Shown here piece after piece: positions 19,064 to 27,870 of a stretch of 64,000 nucleotides of DNA. The stretch comes from Nanobdellota archaeon (GTDB lineage Archaea > Nanobdellota > Nanobdellia > Pacearchaeales > GW2011-AR1). The notes below the pieces were generated by a model that saw only the letters and a program-made list of their open reading frames with translations, had not been told where the DNA came from and made no database searches. Position numbers and translations under genes: made by a program. Each line of letters opens with the position of its first letter. The first letter of the stretch is position 1. The stretch covers positions 21,347 to 85,346 of the forward strand of contig JBBSYE010000003.1 in the NCBI GenBank assembly GCA_038045385.1, read 5' to 3'.

Positions 19064-19350
19064 AGCTTAACTTCATCACCAGAAGCCATATCCATTACAG
19101 CTTCATCTCTTTTCGGTAGAGAACCTCTTGTAATAACGAATACATCTCCAATAGCCTTAACAAACTGATGTGGAATAATAACTCCTCTTGCTCCGCCAAG
19201 TGAACCCATAAATCCGCTACCCACTCTGATGCGCCAACCATCAATCTTATTATCAATCAAGTTTACCTCTTCGACCTGCCCAAAGTAATCACCTTCAGAG
19301 GTATAAACCTGCTTTCCTAACATTTTTGTTAGCTTTTCAATTCTCAACAT
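19060..19350 (-). CDS. PRC-barrel domain protein
   Basis: MLGKQVYTSEGDYFGQVEEVNLIDNKIDGWRIRV matches the pattern of small archaeal PRC-barrel proteins. Confidence 0.5.
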   Translation of the reverse strand: MLRIEKLTKMLGKQVYTSEGDYFGQVEEVNLIDNKIDGWRIRVGSGFMGSLGGARGVIIPHQFVKAIGDVFVITRGSLPKRDEAVMDMASGDEVKL

Positions 19351-19438
19351 ACATCATCAGAATTTTCCCGCTTTAAATAGTTTTTGTTGCTTAATAATAC
19401 CTATAGAAAAGATACATTTATAAAAAATAGACAAATCT

Positions 19439-20077
19439 ATGTGCATGGATAAAAAAGAGTTTGGGGCAATCCTTCTCGCCATCTTCACATTTACAATAAT
19501 TATTGCATTAAAAGATATGCTTTCGGGTAGTTTAAACACAATTGGCCTTGCATTAATTTCAGCAACAATAATTATTGCGGTAAATATCTATTCAAAAGTT
19601 TTAACAGCACATGAATATAATGCAAGCGTAGAACACGAGTTATGGCTGTTCAGCAGATTCGGCTTTAAGCCACATCAAAAAACGAACAAACCAATTCCCT
19701 TAGGAATTATCCTTTCATTATTAGTAAGTTTACTAAGCGCTGGCTGGATAATGTTCTCAACTCTTCTAACATTTGAAACTTCAGCACATAAAGGAAGCAA
19801 AAGAAAACTTTCAGGTTACGTGTTTACAGAAATGACTGACTGGCACACCGCACTAATTGGCTCAATAGGAATTATCTCTGTTCTCGTTTTATCATTCATA
19901 GCTTATTTCTTTCCCCCAATTCATCTAATAGCAAAAGCAGCCGCATTTTACGCCTTCTTCAATATGATCCCATTCTCAAAGTTAGACGGCGCGCAAATCT
20001 TCTATGGCTCTCAAGCCATTTGGACAGCCCTAGCAATAATAAGCGCACTCTTTACATTCGTGGCAATAATTCTTTAA
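19439..20077 (+). CDS. M50 (site-2 protease)-like membrane protein with a non-canonical metal motif
   Basis: Polytopic. The C-terminal FNMIPFSKLDGAQIF matches the M50 NxxPxxxLDG motif. The expected HExxH is HEYNA. Confidence 0.5.
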   Translation: MCMDKKEFGAILLAIFTFTIIIALKDMLSGSLNTIGLALISATIIIAVNIYSKVLTAHEYNASVEHELWLFSRFGFKPHQKTNKPIPLGIILSLLVSLLSAGWIMFSTLLTFETSAHKGSKRKLSGYVFTEMTDWHTALIGSIGIISVLVLSFIAYFFPPIHLIAKAAAFYAFFNMIPFSKLDGAQIFYGSQAIWTALAIISALFTFVAIIL

Positions 20078-20113
20078 AGAGAAGTTTAAATAAACTTCAA
20101 GCAACAGATAAAA

Positions 20114-21646
20114 ATGATAAATCTAGAAGCAAGAGATTACCAAAAAGATATTTTTAACACTGCAATAGATAACAACACCCTAGTAGTCTTACCAACAGGC
20201 TTAGGCAAAACACTAATCGCAATGATGCTCTCAATTGAAAGACTAAAAAGATTTCCAGCATCTAAATCTCTAATACTTGCCCCAACAAAACCTCTTGTTG
20301 AACAACATCTAGTTTCCTTCAAAAAACAACTTCCAGAACTATTTGGCGAGCTAACTTTATTTACAGGCGAAGTCCCCGCAAAAAAAAGACAGGAATATTG
20401 GGAAAACTCAGACATAATATTTTCAACACCCCAATGTATAGCGAACGATATAAAAAAAGGACTTTACAATCTCAAGGAGGTGTCGCTAATTGTAATTGAC
20501 GAAGCTCATCGCTGCTTAAAAAATTATGATTATACTAATGTCGTAAATTACTACAAACAACAAGCAGAAAATCCTCGTATTCTAGGTTTGACGGCAAGTC
20601 CAGGATCAGAGCAAGAAAAAGTCCGCCAAATCTGCAAGAACCTAGACATTTCAGAAGTAGAAATTCGCTCTCGAGACTCCCCAGACGTCAAACAATATCT
20701 CCAAGAGCTAGACTTCAAGAAAATAGAAGTTCCATTCCCTCAAGAATTTATAGAAATCCGCATTCTTCTAAATAGAATATATGAATCAAAAGTTTTCGAG
20801 TTAAAGTCACGAAGATTGCTATTCGGCCCAGTAAACAAAATAACATTGCTACAATTGCAAAATAAATTAGCAATGCATACTCAACAAGGCGATGGAAATT
20901 CAATGTACGGGATGTCCCTATGTGCTCAAGCAATAAAAATCTCTCATGCAGTAGAGTTGTTAGAAACACAAACCCTCTCAGGTCTAAACACTTATCTAAA
21001 CGGCCTAATTCAACAATCTAACGAGAAAAAAAGCCGTGGAGTTCAAACACTAGTAAAAAGTCCAGAATTTAATGCCGCACGCATATCGTTACAACAACTA
21101 CTCACAAAATCTCAAGAACACCCAAAAATCGAGAAAATACATGAGCTAGTAGAAAATGAATTCAAATCAAGTAGTTCAAGCAAAATCCTTATTTTTACTC
21201 AATTCCGCGAAACAGCAAGTACAATAATAAAAAATTTAGAAACAATTCCCCAAGTCAAAGCATCAATATTCATCGGCCAGTCTTCTAACAAAACAAAAGG
21301 TCTAAGCCAAAAAGAACAAAAAGAGATAATAGAAAAATTCCGCGAGAATGAGCTAAATGTTCTATGCGCAACATCAATAGGCGAAGAAGGACTAGATATT
21401 CCTGAAGTCAGCGCAGTCTTATTCTATGAGCCAATACCTTCGGCAATAAGAAAAATTCAACGCGCCGGTCGTACAGCCAGGCACGCCCCAGGAAAGCTAT
21501 TCATTCTCGTAACAAAAGATACTCGCGATGAAGCAAATCACTACGCAGCTCATGCCCGCGAAAAGAAAATGTATAGGACAATAGAAAGCATTAAAAAAGA
21601 AATCAAGCTAGTAAAGAAAAAAGAAAATCTTAATGGCTTTTTATAA
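20114..21646 (+). CDS. hef: Hef/XPF-family helicase module (SF2 DEAH helicase)
   Basis: Motif I LPTGLGKT, motif II VIDEAHRC, motif VI IQRAGRTAR. Confidence 0.8.
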   Translation: MINLEARDYQKDIFNTAIDNNTLVVLPTGLGKTLIAMMLSIERLKRFPASKSLILAPTKPLVEQHLVSFKKQLPELFGELTLFTGEVPAKKRQEYWENSDIIFSTPQCIANDIKKGLYNLKEVSLIVIDEAHRCLKNYDYTNVVNYYKQQAENPRILGLTASPGSEQEKVRQICKNLDISEVEIRSRDSPDVKQYLQELDFKKIEVPFPQEFIEIRILLNRIYESKVFELKSRRLLFGPVNKITLLQLQNKLAMHTQQGDGNSMYGMSLCAQAIKISHAVELLETQTLSGLNTYLNGLIQQSNEKKSRGVQTLVKSPEFNAARISLQQLLTKSQEHPKIEKIHELVENEFKSSSSSKILIFTQFRETASTIIKNLETIPQVKASIFIGQSSNKTKGLSQKEQKEIIEKFRENELNVLCATSIGEEGLDIPEVSAVLFYEPIPSAIRKIQRAGRTARHAPGKLFILVTKDTRDEANHYAAHAREKKMYRTIESIKKEIKLVKKKENLNGFL

Positions 21647-22316
21647 CATCTTCAAAAAAACGCGAGAATCAAAGAAAAATAAAGAGCAAGAAAAATCAAA
21701 AATAACTATTGACAATCGCGAAAAGAACTCACTAGTCCCATCCTATCTAGCAGAAAAAGGCTATCAAATAGAATGGCAACAACTTCCAATTGGAGATTAT
21801 ATCGCAAACAACACGGCAATTGAACGTAAAACAATCTCTGATCTGAAAAGCTCAATAATAAACAAAAGAATAATGCACCAACTCTCCGAACTAAAACAAT
21901 ATCCTTCAAGTTTACTAATTATCGAAGGCCCTATAGAAGAACTCTACAACAATCAAAACATAAATAGCAACGCTATGCGTGGCTTTCTCCTATTTCTTGC
22001 AACAAAAGAGAAAATCCCATTTATATTCTCTTCAAGTGAGCAAGACACCTCCGATTTCATAGACTTAATTATGAGAAAGAAAACAAAGACAGATATCCCA
22101 CTAAATCCAAAGAAAATTATCTTGGGCGAGAAAGAACGCATTCAATTTATCCTCGAAGGCTTTCCAGGCATCGGTCCCGCAAAAGCAAAGAAGTTATTAG
22201 AAAAATTCCATTCCCTTGAAAATATCTTTCTAGCCTCAGAAGAACAACTAGAAAAAATTATAGGACATCAAGCAAAAAGTTTCAAAAGTTTAATTTCTTT
22301 TATTTATCATAAATAA
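21633..22316 (+). CDS. hef: Hef/XPF-family ERCC4 nuclease module with a C-terminal (HhH)2
   Basis: IDNRE, IGDYI, ERKTISDLKSSI and GFPGIGPAKAKKLLEKF. It overlaps the helicase ORF by 14 nt. Confidence 0.8.
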   Translation: MAFYNIFKKTRESKKNKEQEKSKITIDNREKNSLVPSYLAEKGYQIEWQQLPIGDYIANNTAIERKTISDLKSSIINKRIMHQLSELKQYPSSLLIIEGPIEELYNNQNINSNAMRGFLLFLATKEKIPFIFSSSEQDTSDFIDLIMRKKTKTDIPLNPKKIILGEKERIQFILEGFPGIGPAKAKKLLEKFHSLENIFLASEEQLEKIIGHQAKSFKSLISFIYHK

Positions 22317-22599
22317 TCTTAAACGCTCTTAAATACCTCCTGCCTTCAAAGCTATCCAACAATCCAATAACTTCTATCTTAGCACCAACATAATCTCTAA
22401 ATTGACATTTACAACTAACCGTCAAGTCTTCAAGATGTAAGTACAACACGCCATTACTAGTCCTCTGACTCTCAACTACTCCTCTAAAACTAGCAACCTC
22501 TCCGTCTGCCAAATCTTCAGAGTATTCCTGTATTTGCAACATTATCAAGGAAAGCACAAAAATCCCAATCAGCGCGCAACACAAAGCTATTTTATACAC
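22300..22599 (-). CDS. membrane-anchored OB-fold-like small protein
   Basis: An N-terminal TM segment followed by a beta-rich 70-aa domain. Confidence 0.35.
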   Translation of the reverse strand: MYKIALCCALIGIFVLSLIMLQIQEYSEDLADGEVASFRGVVESQRTSNGVLYLHLEDLTVSCKCQFRDYVGAKIEVIGLLDSFEGRRYLRAFKIIYDK

Positions 22600-22643
22600 A
22601 ATCCAATAAGAAAGTTTAAATTAAAGGTTTTTCTATTGATAAT

Positions 22644-23666
22644 ATGGATACTGAAGAAAGATTGGCTTTGATAACAAGAAACCTGCAAGAAGTAATAGGT
22701 AAATCGGAATTAGAAGCAAAAATAAAATCAAAAAAGAAATTTTCTGTATACTGGGGGACAATGCCTACTGGAAGTATATCTATAGCTTATTTTTTTCCTA
22801 TGTTAAAAATTGCGGATTTTTTAAAAGCAGGTTTAGATGTTAAAATACTACTTGCCGACTTACACGCTGCGCTTGATTCAGTTCCCTGGTTTATACTGGA
22901 AAAAAGACAGAATTACTATAAAGAAGCAATAAAAAATATAATAAAGTCTATTGGAGTTGAACCTAAAAAAATAACCTTCGTTGAGGGTTCTGATATTCAG
23001 CTAAGTAAGGAATATTTTGAGGACTTGCTTAAATTATCAACATTCGCTTCTGTAAACGAATCAAAAAAAGCAGCATCTGAAGTTGTAAAAAAAATTGAAG
23101 AAAATCCCCGACTTTCTGGCCTGATTTATCCCTTAATGCAAGCACTAGATGAAGAATATTTACAAGTGGACGCTCAACTAGGCGGTATGGACCAAAGAAA
23201 GATTATGGTTTTCGCAAGAGAATTTTTACCAAAAATAGGATACTCTCCTAGGATAGAACTCATAAATCCCATTATTAGAGGACTTGTTGGAGAAAAAATG
23301 TCTTCAAGCATAGAATCAACAAAGATCGATTTGCTTGAAACCGAGGAAAATGTAATCTATAAAATAAAGAACGCTGAATTTATAGAAGGCTCTGCAGACA
23401 ACGGAGTAATGGCTCTACTCAAATATTTCATATTCGTCCTAAAAAATGATTCAAAAGAAAAACTGGTAATTGATCGTCTTGAAAAATTCGGAGGGAAACT
23501 TGTATATCAAAATTATGAAAAGCTTGAAAGAGACGTTATAGAGAAAAAAGTCCATCCTCTTGACGTGAAAAACGCTACTTCAAAAGAAATAAACATTATA
23601 TTAAAAGAGGTTCAAACAAAAAAGCTTATAGATCTACACAAAGAAGCCTATCCTATCGCGTCTTAA
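22644..23666 (+). CDS. tyrS: tyrosyl-tRNA synthetase (archaeal type) with a degenerate HIGH motif
   Basis: ILLADLHAALD, YPLMQALDEEY, GGMDQRKIMVFAREFLP and KMSSS (the KMSKS motif). It is collinear with M. jannaschii TyrRS as I recall that sequence. Confidence 0.8.
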   Translation: MDTEERLALITRNLQEVIGKSELEAKIKSKKKFSVYWGTMPTGSISIAYFFPMLKIADFLKAGLDVKILLADLHAALDSVPWFILEKRQNYYKEAIKNIIKSIGVEPKKITFVEGSDIQLSKEYFEDLLKLSTFASVNESKKAASEVVKKIEENPRLSGLIYPLMQALDEEYLQVDAQLGGMDQRKIMVFAREFLPKIGYSPRIELINPIIRGLVGEKMSSSIESTKIDLLETEENVIYKIKNAEFIEGSADNGVMALLKYFIFVLKNDSKEKLVIDRLEKFGGKLVYQNYEKLERDVIEKKVHPLDVKNATSKEINIILKEVQTKKLIDLHKEAYPIAS

Positions 23667-24564
23667 ACTCAACAACATCTTTATCCTTCAAAATATGCTT
23701 CATGCCAACGCGCTGATTAACAAATGCTGCACTAGGTCCAGTAACTCTTGCCTCGCTAACAGTCCCTGCAAATCCTTTCCGAATAGATTCAGCAACATCA
23801 AACACACTACTTCCAATAGCTAAAACAACAGGGACTCTTGAAGGTTGTTTTCCCGGCTCTTTAGTATATATCCTAATAGAACCCATAGCCAAAAATATCC
23901 TTTTCTTTACCTCTTCAATTCCTTCTCCCTTAAAAGAGCAAAAAACCACACTTATTCTCTTAGACTTACATTTCTCCTCTAACTTTCTCCTCTCTCCACT
24001 ATCAAGCAAATCAACTTTAGTATAAACAATAATTTTTTTCCCATATACTCTAGAAAACATCGACTCAATCTTAGAAATATCCTCAAATTTATCCACAACC
24101 TCAAGTATACAATCTGCTGTATTAACAAGCCCTATATCAAAACTTGCACTACCAATGCTAGGAATGTCAACTATCTGCGCTTTTACTCCATCATAGTCCA
24201 TAGTGCCAACAACTGGTGCATAAGTTGTAAATGGATGCTCATTAACAAAAGATTTAGCGTTAGTCAAAACATTCAACAAAGCTGACTTACCACTATTGGG
24301 CATTCCAACAAGAACAACCTGAAAACCCTCTTTTTTTAGCCCCGCCTTACCCTTTCCAGTCTTCTTTACCTTCTCCTGTTTCTCTTTAAACTTCTTCAAT
24401 CGCAACTTCAGCCCAGCAAGTAAATTCTCGCTCCCTTTATGTTTAGGAGCAGTGCGAATCATATCCTCTAAAGCAGTTATCCTTTGTTCAGGAGTCTGCG
24501 CCGCAAGATAGGTCTTCTCTGCATTCAAATATTCATAACCTGCATTAATGGGCATAAAAGTCAA
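23653..24564 (-). CDS. DRG/Obg-like GTPase with a C-terminal TGS domain
   Basis: G1 VGMPNSGKSALLN, G4 TKVD, and a C-terminal HILKDKDVVEF TGS-like segment. Confidence 0.7.
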   Translation of the reverse strand: MTFMPINAGYEYLNAEKTYLAAQTPEQRITALEDMIRTAPKHKGSENLLAGLKLRLKKFKEKQEKVKKTGKGKAGLKKEGFQVVLVGMPNSGKSALLNVLTNAKSFVNEHPFTTYAPVVGTMDYDGVKAQIVDIPSIGSASFDIGLVNTADCILEVVDKFEDISKIESMFSRVYGKKIIVYTKVDLLDSGERRKLEEKCKSKRISVVFCSFKGEGIEEVKKRIFLAMGSIRIYTKEPGKQPSRVPVVLAIGSSVFDVAESIRKGFAGTVSEARVTGPSAAFVNQRVGMKHILKDKDVVEFKTR

Positions 24565-24603
24565 AAGAATAGGAGTTTATAAATTTCAATAATTTATAAG
24601 CAG

Positions 24604-24933
24604 TCAAAATGGGCAAAGAAGGATCATTCTATCTCTCAAAGAGCGCATTCTATTTACCAAATTAGTACATCTGTCTCCTGTTTGAGGACGAATATTCCAC
24701 GCTGCTTGAGTACAATGAAGGCTATACTCCTCAGATGTACGAAGAATCTCATTAACTGTATCACAACACTCGTCTCCTACATTAGGCCCGCAACCAGCAT
24801 TCACACCAAAATCCGTAACAATTTGACTTTCAGGAGAATAAAATACACTTTTATCTGTAAAATAAGAATAAATCAAAAGAGCGAAAGCCAAAGCAATAAG
24901 AGCGACAATAAGCCTCTTTTCCCACGTCTTCAT
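24604..24933 (-). CDS. signal-anchored Cys-rich small protein (MKTWEKRL family, member 1)
   Basis: MKTWEKRLIVALIALAFALLIYSYFTDKSVFYSP is shared with 48948..49196 and 51008..51277. The C-terminus is unique and has 6 Cys. Confidence 0.6.
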   Translation of the reverse strand: MKTWEKRLIVALIALAFALLIYSYFTDKSVFYSPESQIVTDFGVNAGCGPNVGDECCDTVNEILRTSEEYSLHCTQAAWNIRPQTGDRCTNLVNRMRSLRDRMILLCPF

Positions 24934-25008
24934 GCCTTATTTAAAATTTTCATATTTATATATCTTCTCAATACCAAACCTTTAAAATTCCTCTTCACTT
25001 AAAAGAGT

Positions 25009-26199
25009 GTGAAGTTCATAAAAAAGAAATTGAAAAACGGAATTACTCTAATAGTAGAACAGCGAGAAATACCAGTAGTTTCGCTAAGCATCACAAATAG
25101 ATTCGGCGCATCACATGAGACCTCAAATATTAAAGGAATAGCCCACGTCATTGAACACTTAGTTTTTACAGGCACAAAAACAAGAACTCACGAACAAATT
25201 TCAAAAGAGATAGAGCGTCATGGTGGAGTCTTGAACGCATTCACAACAAACGACCTAACAAGCTTCTTCTTTAAACTTCCAAGTCAGCATTTCTTTATCG
25301 GACTTGATATAATAACAGACATAATGAATAATCCTTCCTTTAACGAACAAAAATTTGAAAAAGAAAAAAAAGTTATAATTGAAGAAATAAAAATGTATCA
25401 CGACACTCCAACAAGATACGTCTACGATCAGATTCTGAAAAATCTTTATTCTTCTCCTCTAGGCGAAGGAATAATCGGCTCTGAAAAAACTATAAATTCT
25501 CTAAAAAGAGATTTCGTAATTGACTATTTCAAGAAAAAATATAATCCCTCAAATTACATCGTTACAGCAGTAGGCAAAGTTGATGTTAAAAAACTAATCA
25601 ATTACCTAGAAAAGAATTTCAAAGCTAATAAAAACTCAAGTTCGCCACAAAAAATAAAAAAGATAAACAAAGAAACTACCGAAAAAAGAAAAGATATCGA
25701 TCAATCGCACTTTATCTTCGCATTTCACGCTCCAGAGGCAAATGAAAAAGAACGTTATGCTCTTGAAGTTCTAGACGCACATTTAACGAGCGGAATGTCT
25801 TCAAAACTTTTCCTAAAAATCCGAGAAGAACTCGGGCTAGCCTATTCAATTCGCGGCGGTTTAACAACCGAAAAAACACATTCATACTATTCAATATATG
25901 TGGGAACAAGAAAAGAAGCAATTCCCAAAGTAAAAAAAATAATTCTTGAAGAATTCGAGAAAATAAAAGACATCACTCCTTCTGAAGTAGAACAAGCAAA
26001 GGAAAAGCTCATAGGATTGCATACAATATCAAAAGAAGAAAGCTCCGAAGTTATGAGCGAGCTATTATTTGCCGAACTTACCGGAAAAGCAGAAGATTAT
26101 TATAAACGAGAAAAAAATATCTCGCAAGTTAAAATCAGCGATGTTAAGAAATTAGCAAAAATAAGAAATTTCAGCACAGCTTCTATTGTGCCTGAATAA
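25009..26199 (+). CDS. M16-family zinc peptidase (pitrilysin-like)
   Basis: Inverted zinc motif HVIEHLVF (HxxEH). GTG start. Confidence 0.8.
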   Translation: MKFIKKKLKNGITLIVEQREIPVVSLSITNRFGASHETSNIKGIAHVIEHLVFTGTKTRTHEQISKEIERHGGVLNAFTTNDLTSFFFKLPSQHFFIGLDIITDIMNNPSFNEQKFEKEKKVIIEEIKMYHDTPTRYVYDQILKNLYSSPLGEGIIGSEKTINSLKRDFVIDYFKKKYNPSNYIVTAVGKVDVKKLINYLEKNFKANKNSSSPQKIKKINKETTEKRKDIDQSHFIFAFHAPEANEKERYALEVLDAHLTSGMSSKLFLKIREELGLAYSIRGGLTTEKTHSYYSIYVGTRKEAIPKVKKIILEEFEKIKDITPSEVEQAKEKLIGLHTISKEESSEVMSELLFAELTGKAEDYYKREKNISQVKISDVKKLAKIRNFSTASIVPE

Positions 26200-26202
26200 A
26201 TC

Positions 26203-27393
26203 GTGATTCTCGAGATATCTCTTGCAACCCTTCTTGGAATTATCATAGGAGTAATTACGGGCCTATCTCCAGGACTACACATCAATCTAGTTTCAACAAT
26301 AGTTGCCTCATCAGCATTATCAATCAATCCAGTAGCCCTTGCTTGCTTTATAGCAAGTCTAGCAATAACCCATACAACAATAGATTTCATCCCCTCAATC
26401 TTTCTCGGCGCTCCAGAAGAAGACACTTTTCTTGCAGTTCTCCCTGGTCATAAAATGCTTCAACAGGGAGAAGGCTTCGAAGCCACAACTATTGCAATGT
26501 TTGGCGTATTTATAGGCACATTGCTATCCATATTAACCACACCAATATTGCTCTTTCTAGCTAAAATAGCAGAAAGTAAAATCACTGAACTAATCCCCTG
26601 GATTCTAATTGCAATCTGTCTTTATTTAATTTTAAGAGAGTCAAGTCCTCTTAAGGCCCTAGTATTTTTCACACTAGCAGGCTTCCTCGGCTTCACCACA
26701 ACAAATCTCCCCCTTAGCGAACCTCTCTTACCCCTTTTATCAGGCCTATTCGGCGCTTCCTCATTAATAATAAGCATAAAAAACAAATTCTCAATTCCTC
26801 CCCAAAAAATACCAAAAATTAAGGAATTAAAAATAAATAAAAAAGAATTTCTGAAAACTCTAACAAGCGCAATAATAGTCTCTCCTATATTTTCATTTCT
26901 CCCAGCCCTAGGCTCTAGCTACGGTTCTTTTATGGCCTCAGAGCTATCATCTCTAACAAAGAAATCTTTCCTATTTCTAAATGGGCTAATGAACTCTATA
27001 ATTATGGTCTCGAGTATCTCGCTAGTTGCAAAGATAGGAAAGGCAAGAACGGGAGCAGCAGCACAAATAAGCATTCTTCTTCAAGAAAGTCTTCTAGAAA
27101 AACTCCCAATTATATTCTTCTGCATCATAATCTCCGCAATTATCTCTTTGTTAATAGGAATATTTCTTGCAAAGAAAGCCTCAATGATATTATCAAAAAT
27201 AAATTACACTTTCCTATCTATTTTAGTAATTGCTCTCATGATAGCGCTAATCTTAAAATTTTCAGGCCTTCTAGGAATCTTAGTCTTTGCAACTGCAACA
27301 TCAATCGGAATTTGCACAATTCTATCAGGCATAAAACGCACAAATCTTATGGGTTCTTTATTAATTCCAACAATAATATTTTATCTCGCATAA
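26203..27393 (+). CDS. TctA/DUF112-like polytopic membrane protein
   Basis: A 396-aa protein with more than 10 TM segments and an N-terminal GVITGLSPGLHINL motif. The family assignment is from memory only. Confidence 0.45.
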   Translation: MILEISLATLLGIIIGVITGLSPGLHINLVSTIVASSALSINPVALACFIASLAITHTTIDFIPSIFLGAPEEDTFLAVLPGHKMLQQGEGFEATTIAMFGVFIGTLLSILTTPILLFLAKIAESKITELIPWILIAICLYLILRESSPLKALVFFTLAGFLGFTTTNLPLSEPLLPLLSGLFGASSLIISIKNKFSIPPQKIPKIKELKINKKEFLKTLTSAIIVSPIFSFLPALGSSYGSFMASELSSLTKKSFLFLNGLMNSIIMVSSISLVAKIGKARTGAAAQISILLQESLLEKLPIIFFCIIISAIISLLIGIFLAKKASMILSKINYTFLSILVIALMIALILKFSGLLGILVFATATSIGICTILSGIKRTNLMGSLLIPTIIFYLA

Positions 27394-27542
27394 AAAAATT
27401 TACTTCTTAACTTGCACCATTTCTTCACCATTCTCATTTTTAACAACTTCAATATTTCCCGCCATAACACACTCATCAATTAATTCTTTTGTAGACTCCT
27501 CTATAGTTTTGACTCTAAAATCAATACCTTCCCAGTGTTTAG

Positions 27543-27836
27543 TTAATTTGCAAAAGGCAGCCCGTCAAGAGTATCGGTACCAGAAAAGCGACCGATATAG
27601 ACTCCAAGCTTATCTCTTTTTAAAGAATATTTAATAACGTCATTACGGCCATCATATATCTTTTCAAAATCAAGTTGCTCTCCATGTAAAGTTCCGCTTA
27701 GGGAAGATGGACCATAATCATCTATAAGTTTTCCCCTAAGAGTGTTATCTTGCTCAACAACAATAAATCCTCCAAAGAAAGAATCTCCCATAAACCCCTG
27801 ACGGAGAATACCCGTAATTGCATAATGCTCTTTCAT
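27543..27836 (-). CDS. hypothetical protein (possibly frameshifted)
   Basis: A 97-aa ORF. A second frame stays open for about 50 more codons to 27400. Confidence 0.4.
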   Translation of the reverse strand: MKEHYAITGILRQGFMGDSFFGGFIVVEQDNTLRGKLIDDYGPSSLSGTLHGEQLDFEKIYDGRNDVIKYSLKRDKLGVYIGRFSGTDTLDGLPFAN

Positions 27837-27870
27837 AAAAAAATTACTAACAAGACCTTTTTAATTATTT

